A stretch of DNA of 63,239 nucleotides, counting the filler, from Stramenopiles sp. TOSAG23-3 (taxonomy: Eukaryota), in assembly GCA_900128585.1 (NCBI GenBank). It is 11 parts of 11 records of this genome, joined end to end, with 100 filler letters (N's around TTAATTAATTAA, not from the genome) between each part and the next. Parts side by side here need not be neighbours in the genome. Positions count along the whole stretch, not along the records: positions 33,314 to 41,508 come from LT643049.1; positions 41,609 to 49,801 come from LT643050.1; positions 49,902 to 58,093 come from LT643051.1; 8 more parts are not named here. The stretch is one strand, 5' to 3'. The position numbers and the translations under genes were made by a program. The number at the start of each line of letters is the position of its first letter. The stretch's first letter is position 1. The notes under the pieces were generated by a model, which worked only from the letters and a program-made list of their open reading frames with translations, was not told the DNA's origin and searched no databases. This document shows, one piece after another, positions 40,971-52,246 of this stretch.

Positions 40971-41684
40971 AATGTCAATAAGAACACTAGCAATAAAAAA
41001 AATTGGTGAGACAAAAAATCGCCATCTTATCGTTTGATTATTAGTATATTATATACATGAAAGAAAAATGCTAAATTTTTCCCTTTTTTTGTACGTACAT
41101 GGCAGTGATAAACAATATCCTCTATCAACAAGACTACAAAACACTCCTTTTTTTTTTTATTCGATTCAATTATCATTTTGATACTGTAGTTGGCAGTAGT
41201 GTAATTTTATAAAAGTATAGTACGAGTATAACTTTCTTCCATCCACCCATTTACATTACATACCTTTCTTTGTTATTTACTCGTAGTTGTGATAATCATC
41301 TCACGCTATTTTTATTAATATTTGTGGTCAAGCAAATTCGATTCTACAGAGCCAACTGTAGAGGAATATAAGAACAGAGCGTAGAGGAGGAAGGAGGGAG
41401 GTCCTTTTCTTTCTTCGGACTTTCTTTCTTTCTTTTTTCGTTCATTTCGCTACTTGAGGAGGGAGGAAAGAAGGAAGAGTCCAAAGAGAAAAAGATATTA
41501 AGAAGGAGNNNNNNNNNNNNNNNNNNNNNNNNNNNNNNNNNNNNNNNNNNNNTTAATTAATTAANNNNNNNNNNNNNNNNNNNNNNNNNNNNNNNNNNNN
41601 NNNNNNNNAAGAAGAAGAAGAGAAGGAGAAGAGTATGGAAGGAGGACACTTTTAATATGATGGTAATAAATAACTTCGTTCTAC

Positions 41685-42755
41685 TTACTCTACGACTTTT
41701 AGATCATTTCCATTTTTAGGAAGCCTTTCCAAGACATGAAAATATGCAAGGTCCGGTACAAAGCGTTTTCCTGTACGGCTCCGAGGTTCATAATGGTGAA
41801 AGTCTTTCTTTTCATATTTACATTTTACCGTTCGGTGCAAGCCGGCCATCTGAGCAAGGGCGCCAACCTCCCATTCGTCATACTGGTCGGAAGGGATCCC
41901 CTCCAGTACGCACGTATGTAGAAGGAGTATGAAAGCCGCATTGGGGTTGTTTCCATTTAACAAGGGTAGCCCTGACTTCAAGAACTTTAGCAGCAGGTTG
42001 TTGTTTTCGTCGCGGGGTCCGGTTATCGTCGTTTGCCGTGGAAAACAAAATACAATCGCGTCGTACTGTTTTGACGGGCTTAAGGTCGTACTTGCATTCA
42101 GTTCAGACTCGTCAAACGACGCAAGCGACGAGTAACTGTCTAATTTTTGTGCATCGATCCCATGTACAACAGTTGCCCCTCGCTTTTTCAAGATTCGAAC
42201 CACCTGCCTTACTTTTTTGGATATCCTAGTATTAGCGTAACCCTCTTCATCAATAAAGCTCGTGCAAGTGAGCTGAACCAAGGAAGCATCCAATTGCTTC
42301 GTTAACGACAGCGAAAAGGTGAAGTCCATTTCTCCGACCAACAATACGTTTTGCCGCCGGGGTGTCAAAAATAATTTGTTCGCTGCAGGTTCACCGTCGG
42401 ACCCTTCGTTTCCAGTCTGGGAGGACTCGGTTTTGTTTCTTGTGGTGGATGCCTTGTCGTTGAACATGTTGTGCTTTCTTCTCATGTGATTGATAAGACT
42501 TGCCCTTTTCGGCGCAGCGTAGTCGCACTCTGGGCACGGAAAAGGTCGCTGGTTCGTATGTACAGCTTCTATATGAATTCGCATTGCGCCAACTGCATCG
42601 GTGTGAAACTCACAGGTTTCGTCGTACTCGCACGTTTTGTATGTTCGATTTGGGTGCTCGATCTCTTTGTGGGCCTTTAAGAGGCGAGACTCGTTGAAAG
42701 ACGCAAGGCACCAAATACAAACGTGTTCGGTGTCGTACTTGACTCGTTCAACCAT
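41685..42755 (-). CDS. C2H2 zinc-finger protein fused to a BMT5/DUF2431-like rRNA uridine-N3 methyltransferase domain
   Basis: Three C2H2 fingers with an HTNQRPFPC linker, then VLLVGEMDFTFSLSL...VVHGIDAQKL...YDAIVFCFP. Confidence 0.8.
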   Translation of the reverse strand: MVERVKYDTEHVCIWCLASFNESRLLKAHKEIEHPNRTYKTCEYDETCEFHTDAVGAMRIHIEAVHTNQRPFPCPECDYAAPKRASLINHMRRKHNMFNDKASTTRNKTESSQTGNEGSDGEPAANKLFLTPRRQNVLLVGEMDFTFSLSLTKQLDASLVQLTCTSFIDEEGYANTRISKKVRQVVRILKKRGATVVHGIDAQKLDSYSSLASFDESELNASTTLSPSKQYDAIVFCFPRQTTITGPRDENNNLLLKFLKSGLPLLNGNNPNAAFILLLHTCVLEGIPSDQYDEWEVGALAQMAGLHRTVKCKYEKKDFHHYEPRSRTGKRFVPDLAYFHVLERLPKNGNDLKVVE

Positions 42756-43549
42756 ATTTTTTAAATCTATCTACTGCAGGCCCCGTCTGCTCCAGTGGCC
42801 AACCCGGTCGGTCAACAACGCGACACAAACCCTCACTCCCTCCTCCGTCCGTCCGTCCTACCCCGTTACAATAATAACAATCCAATATTCTTGATCCCAA
42901 CGCTTACGCAGTCCTCTCCATCGTATATTTATTCTCTTCGACGTCAATACAGAGGGAAAGGGATTTCTAAAAAAGGAAAGAAAGTGAGTTACATCCATCC
43001 CCCCCCCCCCTAATAAAAAAAAGAAGAAGAAACAACACATCATTTTTTATAATATAATAAAGCTCTAATAATTTTAATATTTTATATTATTATTCTACCT
43101 TGGTACTATTAATACTAACTACCACCGACCAATAGATTATTATTTCATTTTCTATAATAAATAATCATTATTATTAAATGTTTTATATAGGAGGTATTCT
43201 TCTATTCTTTTATTATTATATATACACAAAAAAACAAATAAATAATAATATAATTAATAAAATAAAATAAGTGAACATATCTCATATTATTATTATTATT
43301 CTCTATAAAAAAATATTATAGGAATAATATATATAATAATATGTATTATCTTGATTGAATGAAATTCAAATTGTTTTTGTTTATGTGTCTGTCCACTCCA
43401 TGTTTTGAATATTTAATTTTTAGTACGTGCAGGTAGTAAATGGACGAGCAGAAAGATAAGAATTGCAGAGATATAGACAAAAAATCGATTGGATCGGATG
43501 TTTATTTGACGTCGTCCCACGGACAAGCTCTTTCGATTTAATTATCCCC

Positions 43550-46500
43550 ATGTCGGAGGCAAATCAAAGAAAGGATGAATCGGTTGACGACCAGATCGAT
43601 GCGGAGTTTCAAGCGCTAAAGCAGAGGTCCAAAGAACGGTGCGAACAAATGGATGCAAGGATATCCACCCTGGAGGCCCATATTTTGGCGGGTTTATCTG
43701 GCGGGGCAAACCGGCTAGAGGAGCAATATAAAGCTATTTTAGAAGTTGCTGGCGGGGGGGATGGAGACACCGCCGGCTTGCCACACGTGGACGCACTGAA
43801 ACATGAAATACAGAGGATCAGGAACAGGAAGACAAAGTTCGAGCTTGACATGAAAGTTCAACGGAATACCAAACACTATCAAATGAACGACAGCAAATCC
43901 CTCATGAATCAGTTGAAAGACGTGCGGACGCAAAGGATATCGGCGCAGTTTAAAGTAGAAAAACAAGAAACGGAAATCCGTACGTTGAAAGAAGCACTTC
44001 GCGGCGCGAACGAAAAGGCCGAGACCATTGCATCGAGGGCAGCGGAGAAAGAAGAAAAGCGAGTGTTCCGCCTTCGAAAACAGTTGAAAGAGGCCCTTGA
44101 CAGGATATCCAGCCTGGAGACGAGCCTGGGCGAGCTGAGCGACGTGACAGATGAAAACATGCTGTTGAAGGCGCAGGTTCAGGAGCTGCAGGGCGTCGCG
44201 TTGTCATCGGCTCAAAATGCGATGGGACCAGAGCGAAGCCTGGCACAGTCGGGGGCCACGCTTGACGCAACCATGCACTTGCGGTCAAAATCAAACCTCT
44301 TAGAGCTCGAAAGGAACAAGGCCCGGTCCGAATCCCAGCGCACGAATGCTTTGCTGATCGAAAAGATGTCCCAAATCACTACTTTAGAAACGTCCAGGCA
44401 AATGTTAAAAGAAGACCTAAAGTCCACAAAGTCGAGCTTGTTCGGTGCAGAAGAAAAGTACAAAGATTATACGAGCCACTTGCGGGAAAAGATACTGAAC
44501 TTGGAGGGGGAGGCCAAGGGTTTGAGAAGCGCCCACCGAGAGAAAGACGAGCTCATTGCAACGTTCGAACTGAAGGAAATGACGTTTGAGACAGAGCTTA
44601 CGATTGCAAAAAATGCCGTTGCAAGCGCCACCGAAGGGTTAGAACGATCCCAAGCGGACGCCGCGAAGAAGAACAAAACGTTTGCGACAAAGTGCCAAAC
44701 GCTGAAGGAAGCGCTTGACGAGAAAGGCGCCGCCTTGAAGCAATCGCACGCGCTCATTGCAAGCATGCAGGAACAGATGGAGATCATCTCTGAAAGTTTG
44801 GAGGAAGCCCAAACGAAGACCAAAGCGACAAACAAAGCGTTCCTGTCCCTCCAGGATGATGCCAGAACGAAGCTGAAAGACAGCGAAATTCGAATAAAGA
44901 CTCTGCAATTAGACTTAGAGGATCTGCGGTCAAAACTAAAGAGCGCCCACGAAAATGTAGCCAAGCGTGACGAGACCGTGAATGCTTTGGAGTGGAAGCT
45001 GGACATGTCGCGATCGGAATACGACGAACTGAAAGAAAAATCGTCCCTTGCGCAAACCCAGTGGGACATGACGGAACGCAGTGCGAACAAGGAAACGCGG
45101 GTCCTAAAAGAGCAGCTCGACGCGACGATGAAAAAAGAGTCCTTTTTGACGAAGCAATTGGCCACAAGCGAGAACACCGTCGGCATGCTTAATGAAATCT
45201 CCGAGAAGGCGCGGGTAGAGAAGGAGAAGATGGAATCGTTCATTGCGGAGTTGCAGAAAAACCGAGAAGAAACCGTTGGAAACCTTATGGCGGAGAATGG
45301 GAAGCTCGAATGGAGCCTGTCCTTGCAGAAGGAGGCCTTTCAAAAGTCCGAGAAGGCAAACGAGGGGCAGCAGGCCGAAATCGAAGCCCTCAAGAAGAAC
45401 GTTGAAAAGTGGGAGGCGTCCTGCACACAAATTCTGGACGAGAAGGACGTTTTGCTTCGACAGGGGCTTCAGAAAGAGAGCGAGCTGAACGGGAGGCTGG
45501 TGCAACTGCGCGATGCACTGAGGGAGAAGAAAAGCGCAGAAGAAACCCTGACCAAGACTCTCGTTGCAAAGGAGGTCAAGATCACGACGTTGGAAACGGA
45601 CCTGGGCTCGCTTCGAAAGTCGATCACAGAAGCAAACAAGCGCAACCAGCAAAAGGAGCAGGCCCAGGACGAGCTAAAGGTGACACTCCAACAAAAAATA
45701 GTTGATTTGAACATGAAGCTAGAGAAAACGAATGGGGAACTGTCCGAATCCACGTTTGCGAGAGAGGTGCTGACCGAGAAAAACGGTGCGCTGGAAACGA
45801 AATTGACGCTTGCGCGAGCGGAACTGGAAACCTTGAAGCGAAAAAACATGGTGCAATCCAATGCCTCGGCAGAATCGATGGAAATGATGCGGGAGAGCAA
45901 TCGCAAGATGGAGCGCAACCTTGAGCATGAACGGGAGCGGACGTTGGAAACGTCAATGGAGGCTTCAAAGTACAAGGGCGAGCTGAACAAATACGTGGAA
46001 GAGCTGCAAGCCGCGAAGGAGGACCGTAAGTCTGCAAAGCAGTCCTATGCCAACAAGCACAACGTGGACGCTCGAACGATATCGGAACTGAAGCTGAAAA
46101 TAGAAGAGACCACGTCGATCGTCAAGATGAAAGAGACGATCATAGAGAAAATGCGGGCCGAGTTTTCGTCCCAAGAGCAAAAGGTATTTGAACTGGGAAA
46201 GAAGGAGAGCGAGCTGTACAAGCAAAAAGAAGAAGAAATACAAGAGGCGGTGCACGAAGAGAAAAAACGATATTTCAAACTTTTGGACCGGCTCAAAACT
46301 GTGCAACGCGAATTGTCCACGGCGGTCATGAAACGCGACGAGCTGCAAGAAGCGTTGAGCCGAGGAAACAACCACCCCGCCCATTTGGCGACAGAAATTA
46401 GCAGGGAGGCCGACCGAAAGATGCAAGACGCCAGCGCGATGAAGTCAAACACAACCAAACGCGACGCGGCGTTTTCAGATTTGATGGAATTGTACCAGCA

Positions 46501-46936
46501 AGTCATCCGGTACACAAAAGACGGCAAGCATGACCTAGGGGTTCTGAGCGGGGAGGCGTACAGCGGAATAGCAAGAATTGGGGGGTACAAAGGGTCGTGG
46601 TTGATGGGAATACGGAATATGGAACGAACCCTGCAAATCTGGCGAGAGGTGGAGGAGAAGGCACGGGAGTACGAAAGTCTCCTGCTGGCTGCTGGTTTCT
46701 ATTGCCACGCCTACGTTCAGAACAGAAACCCTAACCTTTTGGACAGGGCCATCGACAAATGCCGAGCGCTGGTCGTTGCGGCTAACTTTTCTGGTAACCC
46801 GGTGTGGAAGGAGGAATTGGGAACGTATAACAAATTTATTGATGACGTGGAGCAGGTGAAAGCTGGAAACAAGAAGGTCAGCTACGGGGAAGAAACGACA
46901 GGGCACATGCAGTACTTGACCTTTTCGTTGCTGTAG
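43550..46936 (+). CDS. Long coiled-coil protein with a small globular C-terminal domain
   Basis: About 1130 aa, E/K/L-rich heptads. The last 150 aa or so are aromatic-rich and non-coiled. Confidence 0.85.
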   Translation: MSEANQRKDESVDDQIDAEFQALKQRSKERCEQMDARISTLEAHILAGLSGGANRLEEQYKAILEVAGGGDGDTAGLPHVDALKHEIQRIRNRKTKFELDMKVQRNTKHYQMNDSKSLMNQLKDVRTQRISAQFKVEKQETEIRTLKEALRGANEKAETIASRAAEKEEKRVFRLRKQLKEALDRISSLETSLGELSDVTDENMLLKAQVQELQGVALSSAQNAMGPERSLAQSGATLDATMHLRSKSNLLELERNKARSESQRTNALLIEKMSQITTLETSRQMLKEDLKSTKSSLFGAEEKYKDYTSHLREKILNLEGEAKGLRSAHREKDELIATFELKEMTFETELTIAKNAVASATEGLERSQADAAKKNKTFATKCQTLKEALDEKGAALKQSHALIASMQEQMEIISESLEEAQTKTKATNKAFLSLQDDARTKLKDSEIRIKTLQLDLEDLRSKLKSAHENVAKRDETVNALEWKLDMSRSEYDELKEKSSLAQTQWDMTERSANKETRVLKEQLDATMKKESFLTKQLATSENTVGMLNEISEKARVEKEKMESFIAELQKNREETVGNLMAENGKLEWSLSLQKEAFQKSEKANEGQQAEIEALKKNVEKWEASCTQILDEKDVLLRQGLQKESELNGRLVQLRDALREKKSAEETLTKTLVAKEVKITTLETDLGSLRKSITEANKRNQQKEQAQDELKVTLQQKIVDLNMKLEKTNGELSESTFAREVLTEKNGALETKLTLARAELETLKRKNMVQSNASAESMEMMRESNRKMERNLEHERERTLETSMEASKYKGELNKYVEELQAAKEDRKSAKQSYANKHNVDARTISELKLKIEETTSIVKMKETIIEKMRAEFSSQEQKVFELGKKESELYKQKEEEIQEAVHEEKKRYFKLLDRLKTVQRELSTAVMKRDELQEALSRGNNHPAHLATEISREADRKMQDASAMKSNTTKRDAAFSDLMELYQQVIRYTKDGKHDLGVLSGEAYSGIARIGGYKGSWLMGIRNMERTLQIWREVEEKAREYESLLLAAGFYCHAYVQNRNPNLLDRAIDKCRALVVAANFSGNPVWKEELGTYNKFIDDVEQVKAGNKKVSYGEETTGHMQYLTFSLL

Positions 46937-47298
46937 CCAGAGAGGGCGGGGCATATTTTTGAGGGGGAAATTTAAGAAATATAAAAGTTTAGAAAACAAA
47001 AGCGCGCACGTGTTGCGCTGGTTTATAAAAAAAGGTGAACACTTCTTGCTCGCAATAAAGATTTACCACCCACAACACTCTCTTTTCTTCAGGGGCCAGC
47101 ACTAAAAAGGTGTGTAGTGAAAAGTTTTGATAGATAATCTCTCGGTACGGTAAGTTTAAGTTTTTCCAAAATACAAAGAAGTGAGTTTAAGAAAATTTTA
47201 TAACACATGTACTAAGTATGATCTACGATTACGTGCGTGTAAGTAAAATTTTAATAAAGTAATTTTATTTCAAACCGCACCACACGCTCTGAGAAAAT

Positions 47299-48618
47299 TT
47301 ATCGAAAGAGGGCCTCTTGTGGGCACCCGGCGCAGTGGAACCATTCTACGTGTTCCGTGCAGGTAAGGTCCCAGGACTCTCCACAGCAGTGGGCGTCTTT
47401 CTTTCCAAATTTGCTTGGCTTTCCACCGGCAAGTTGCGCTTTGCATACGCAGTCCTGGATGGCCTTGTCGTAGCAACCTGGGGAGGCGTGGGGTACGCAG
47501 CAGGAGCTGACGCCATTTCCGGGGGCCTCCTTGTTGATTTCGGACACACTGGATGCCATGCCGATGGACATTGGGCCTTCGCCTTGGGAGGCGACAACCT
47601 TTTCGAAGAATCTACGCATGTGTTTGCAAAAGGATCTTGCGGTTTCTATTGGTTTTCCTAGGCGGTCTTCGTTCTTGATGTTTTCAATGACTGCGTGGGC
47701 ATCCTGGCAAGTGGTTTGTACAACTTTCTGGTTGATGCCGAGTTGGGACTTTTTGGCTTCGAACGCTTGGACGCAAAACTCTTTCATGCGGGCTGGGAGG
47801 TCTTCGCCCTTTCCACCAGAGGTCTTGATCTTGGCGATTTGCGCCAACACTTGGTCGGCACAACCGCCGGCTTGGCCGATCGAGCTCACCTTGATGGGGG
47901 CTCCAAGCACGACACCGCTGAGCATGGCGAACGCAACGTTGTTGGAGGCTTGCAACAATTGGGAGAACTCGGAAATGTCCTTCTCAAGCTTGGCGCCGAC
48001 GGCCTTTGCGAACGATTTGGAAACTTCACTGATCATGACTTCAACGCCGATGGAGGACGCATCGGCGTTCACTTCGAGGAAGGACGGTGCCGCCTGCTGC
48101 ATAACGCCGGAGATGACGATTTGCTTCTTGTCCACGTTCAAGAACTTGGACACGGTGCCCAAGAAGATATTCTTGGCACTTTGGCTAAACTGTTCAGTTT
48201 TCAACCCGGCCAATACGATGGTGGCGGTAACGACTTGGTCTTTGTTTTCCGTTGGCTCTTCTTCAGACCCGGTGACTCCGGTGGCACCCGTGCTTCCAGT
48301 TTGGCCCGTGGCCCCGGTGGCGCCGGTGCTGCCCGTGCCGCCAGTGGTGCCCGAGGCGCCCGTTGGGGCGGCCGAGGCAGCGCCACCCTCCGAGGCTCCT
48401 TCTGCCCCGCCGGTGCCAAGTTCGACAAACATGCTTTCGGGCAACATCTCCACGAACGACGTTGGTTCGTCGTCCTGCAATCTTCCCTCAAACGCCGCTT
48501 CCACGATGCTTTGGTAGGTGTGGAACGGGAAGTGTGGGGCACGTTGCACTCGTACACCACGAAGGGGTGCCGCGTGCGCAACGGCAACGAGAAGCAATAG
48601 GGCTGCAATGACTCTCAT
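47299..48618 (-). CDS. Secreted protein with a G-x-T repeat linker and a Cys-rich C-terminal module
   Basis: Signal peptide MRVIAALLLLVAVAHA, TGATGATGQTGSTGATG linker, SCCVPHASPGC...CC...WDLTC. Confidence 0.85.
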   Translation of the reverse strand: MRVIAALLLLVAVAHAAPLRGVRVQRAPHFPFHTYQSIVEAAFEGRLQDDEPTSFVEMLPESMFVELGTGGAEGASEGGAASAAPTGASGTTGGTGSTGATGATGQTGSTGATGVTGSEEEPTENKDQVVTATIVLAGLKTEQFSQSAKNIFLGTVSKFLNVDKKQIVISGVMQQAAPSFLEVNADASSIGVEVMISEVSKSFAKAVGAKLEKDISEFSQLLQASNNVAFAMLSGVVLGAPIKVSSIGQAGGCADQVLAQIAKIKTSGGKGEDLPARMKEFCVQAFEAKKSQLGINQKVVQTTCQDAHAVIENIKNEDRLGKPIETARSFCKHMRRFFEKVVASQGEGPMSIGMASSVSEINKEAPGNGVSSCCVPHASPGCYDKAIQDCVCKAQLAGGKPSKFGKKDAHCCGESWDLTCTEHVEWFHCAGCPQEALFR

Positions 48619-49317
48619 ACTACTTACTGACGGTTGTGAATAAATATATATAAAACAAGGATTGAATCGATATCGTTGTTGTTACTATTCGATGAAGAAT
48701 ACTCCACAGAAGTTTCATTTGCGATTCCTTTTCCGATGGAATGATGTTCCCTTCCGTCCTTTCAACGTAAGTGCAATACCAATCTATGTATACTATTGAA
48801 AAAAGCAAAGCAGCCTTTGCCTAGCCTAACCTAGCATAGCCTAGCCCATATTTATTAATTCCCATTTTAAATCCTTCCCATCCTTCCTTCCTTCCTTCCT
48901 TCCCTCCTTTAAAACCTCTCCTTTTCTCTTTCTTCTTTTCTTTTACTTCCTTCTATTTCTATCTACCAATCTATCTATATAAATAGAATACATATTATAA
49001 ATAGGATAAATATTATAAGTATTTATATAAAATAACATCTATTATATATATGATATAGGTATTTATATAAAATAAGTATATTTAATTATATATTCTTAAT
49101 TTTATCTTTTTATTTTATTTTAATTTCCAAACTGTAGTTATAGAATATATAAGACTAGTTTAAATTATTTCTTCCTATATAAATAAGGAAGGAAGGAGGT
49201 AGTTAATTAATTTAGCTTTTTTAACTAAATTCCCAATGAATCGATCGACCTCTCCCCCCCCCCCCCCTTTCTTTCTTTAAAATAATAAAAAGATCAAAAT
49301 AGATCCTTCTTTTTATT

Positions 49318-49495
49318 ATAGAATAGAAGAGGAATAGAAGAGGAATAGAAGAGGAATAGAAGAGGAATAGGATAGAAAGGCAAGGAAGGAAAGTAAGAAA
49401 GTATACACCATTCTTTCCTTTCTTTCTTTCTTTCTTTTCTTTCTTTCTTTCTTTCTTTTCTTTCTTTTCTTTCTTTTCTTTCTTTTCTTTCTTAC
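49318..49495. repeat. Simple repeats: (GAATAGAAGAG)n then (TTTC)-rich tract
   Basis: Directly visible tandem units. Confidence 0.85.
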
Positions 49496-49679
49496 TCATT
49501 ATCATATTGTACGTATGTTTGTATCTATTTACTCTAAGTGAATAGAAGAATGAATGAATGACTAACAACTAAAACTCTTCTTTCTCTCTCTCTCATTTAT
49601 TCCATCTCTTTTAATGTACTTATAATAATTAATACATACAGTACTCTTTCCTATATATACATCATCACATCTAAATGAA

Positions 49680-49801
49680 CTCTCATCTCTCTTCTTTCTT
49701 CTCTCTTCTTTCTTCTCTCTTCTCTCTCTTCTCTCTTCTCTCTTCTCTCTTCTCTCTTCTCTCTTCTCTCTTCTCTCTTCTCTCTTCTCTCTTCTCTCTT
49801 C
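49680..49801. repeat. CT-rich microsatellite at the contig end
   Basis: TCTCTTC-type repeats running into the gap. Confidence 0.9.
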
Positions 49802-50148
49802 NNNNNNNNNNNNNNNNNNNNNNNNNNNNNNNNNNNNNNNNNNNNTTAATTAATTAANNNNNNNNNNNNNNNNNNNNNNNNNNNNNNNNNNNNNNNNNNN
49901 NAAGAAGAAGAAGAAAAAATAATAAATACACCACCGACCCCAAACTACCATTAAGTATCTTTTTTTTAATTTATATAATAATTAAGTAAGTAGATAAATA
50001 GATTGTGTAAAATTGAATTCCTAAGTCGTAGCAATTGACCAATAGCCAGTGAGTGATCGAATTACAAAGTTAGTCAAAAGCTTCTGGACTAACTACGGCA
50101 TACTAAACGTATAGTCATTTTGCTTGCACCACCACCACCACCACCGAG

Positions 50149-51009
50149 ATGGGTCCCGGAAAGAAACCGGAAGAGGCCGTTGCGGGGAGGGCGTTGGTGA
50201 ACCTGTTGAAAACCGTGGCGGGGTTGAAAGACAAGCAGGCAAAAGCAAAAGCGCTGCAAAAAAAGAAGGCGGCAGCACAAGCGAGAGAAGCAGCGAAAGC
50301 AAAAGCTAACAAAGCGAAAGCGAAAGGGTTAAAACGAGGGGCCGATAGTTTAGGAAAGAAACGTGCAAACGCCAAGAAGGCCAGAAACACGATAGTACCA
50401 GGGCACAAGTTGGTTCCGACGACATGGGAGCAGCACAAAATTATGGGTGTCGTTCGCCGCTCGGGTTTTGCCAGTGCCAGTGCCATACATGTTGCATTGG
50501 CTAGAGCAATTCACTTGCATCGAACATACTTGCTTGACCGAGAAGATCAGAACAGAATGGCAATGAACGCCCCGCAGTGGGCCGGGGGCCCGTCGCTCGC
50601 GATGGGGCAATGCCTCGCACCACCACCCCCTAACCCGTCCATGTATGCCCCTCAGAATCAGATGCCCCAGTACACCCCAAATTTTTACAGCCCGAGCCTT
50701 CACATTCCGCCGCCTGGCATGCAGCCAGCCTTGACCAGCTACGGCTATCACGGGATGCCCCTCCCTGGCGCGCAACCCATGCCGTACATGCCACCCGGCA
50801 ATCCGTACTCGTCGTCTGCCTATGGGGTCTCTCATGGTGGCGGGGCAGGTGCGGGGCTAGGGGGTGGTCCGCGCGGGGCTCCTAGCCACGTGTTTCAGGG
50901 CAATGAGTCCAACGGTGTTGCTCGCCGCAAAGGACCGGAAACGTCGGGCGTCAGTCTGGGCAGGCCAAGTAATCAAATTTTCACTGCAAACAGTAGTCGA
51001 ATGCTATGA
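50149..51009 (+). CDS. Hypothetical Lys/Ala-rich and Pro/Gly/Tyr-rich low-complexity protein
   Basis: 286-aa ORF with coding-like GC. No recognisable domain. Confidence 0.6.
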   Translation: MGPGKKPEEAVAGRALVNLLKTVAGLKDKQAKAKALQKKKAAAQAREAAKAKANKAKAKGLKRGADSLGKKRANAKKARNTIVPGHKLVPTTWEQHKIMGVVRRSGFASASAIHVALARAIHLHRTYLLDREDQNRMAMNAPQWAGGPSLAMGQCLAPPPPNPSMYAPQNQMPQYTPNFYSPSLHIPPPGMQPALTSYGYHGMPLPGAQPMPYMPPGNPYSSSAYGVSHGGGAGAGLGGGPRGAPSHVFQGNESNGVARRKGPETSGVSLGRPSNQIFTANSSRML

Positions 51010-51448
51010 ACTCGGTTAGTCGCTCCTCCAGAGGTGACAGGTCGGTGGTGATTGATAGGACTACAGCATCATTGTACTTGTGCACGCACAGGGTCACAGC
51101 TTTGGTAAATTAGTTACCAAAAAGTACCAACAAAATTATACCATGATGGTTTGTTTAAATTAAGTAAAAAAGTACTATAGACACTACCAAAAGTAATAGT
51201 AGTATTTATTATCCAAGAAGAACCAAGAAGTGGAATAATATGTATATATAATTATTTATTAGTATTGTACGACGAAGAAGTTGTTGTATTATAATCCTAA
51301 AAAAAAAATAATAAGAAAGAAAAAATATTTACACTGTAGTAAAAAATATCTCTACAATGGCTTCCTGTTTCCTACACTAATTTTTTTTTAAATGTTCTTC
51401 TTGCGAACGTGATGCGCAAAAGATACACTGCCGATGCGAGGTGACCGT

Positions 51449-52246
51449 TCAGTTTGAGACCATGTATTGACCTAAAAGCATTTCCAGGGACGTGGCTGAC
51501 AAGGGCGCGCTTCGATTCATTCGAAGTATTTCCTTTCGCTTTTTGGGCGGAGTCACTCGCTCGAAGATGCTAGCAGAAGCCAGCGCTTCGAGGGGCGACA
51601 TTACAGCTTTAACGGGCGATCGTTGGCGGGGGGTCAAAAGAGTTGTGGCGGCCTCAATGGCTTCAGCGGTTGACGAGGACCGTGGGCGTTTTCGCAGAGA
51701 ACCAGACCCAACGTTATTCGTTAACGCCGCGAGGTTTTTGGGGAGTCTGGGCCGCTTCTTCCCCTTTCGTTTCGACGCCTTGGAGACTGGGGTAGACACT
51801 GAAGCCTTTGCGTTCATGATCAGTTTCGCCTTTGCCGACGATGGGGGCGTCCCCACCTGATCCGACCTTGCCTTTGCTCGAGAGAGGCGCCTCATCTTCG
51901 AGTTCCAGTGGTTTTTTATCGCATTGTCCGTTCTACCCGGCAAAAAGCGTGAAATTTTTGCCCATTTGTTTCCCAACTTGGCGTGCTGCTCTCTAAGTAC
52001 CCTCTCCTCTTCCTTGGACCAGCTCTGCTTCTTTATCGACGGGTCCAGCTGATTGTGCCATCGCTCCCTGCACTGCTTTCCGTTGCGAGAGCACAAAGAT
52101 CCTATAAAACTCCATTTGTGTGTTCCATACTTGTTCACCAAGGCAACGACTTTTTTGTCATCTTCCTCGGTCCACTTCCTACCACTCTTTCTACGAACTT
52201 TCGGCTTGGCTGAAGCCGAGCCAACTGCGCCTTTGCTATCGCTCAT
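51449..52246 (-). CDS. R2R3-type MYB transcription factor
   Basis: KWTEEDD...KWSFI...[28 protein letters not shown]...[26 protein letters not shown]. Confidence 0.95.
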   Translation of the reverse strand: MSDSKGAVGSASAKPKVRRKSGRKWTEEDDKKVVALVNKYGTHKWSFIGSLCSRNGKQCRERWHNQLDPSIKKQSWSKEEERVLREQHAKLGNKWAKISRFLPGRTDNAIKNHWNSKMRRLSRAKARSDQVGTPPSSAKAKLIMNAKASVSTPVSKASKRKGKKRPRLPKNLAALTNNVGSGSLRKRPRSSSTAEAIEAATTLLTPRQRSPVKAVMSPLEALASASIFERVTPPKKRKEILRMNRSAPLSATSLEMLLGQYMVSN

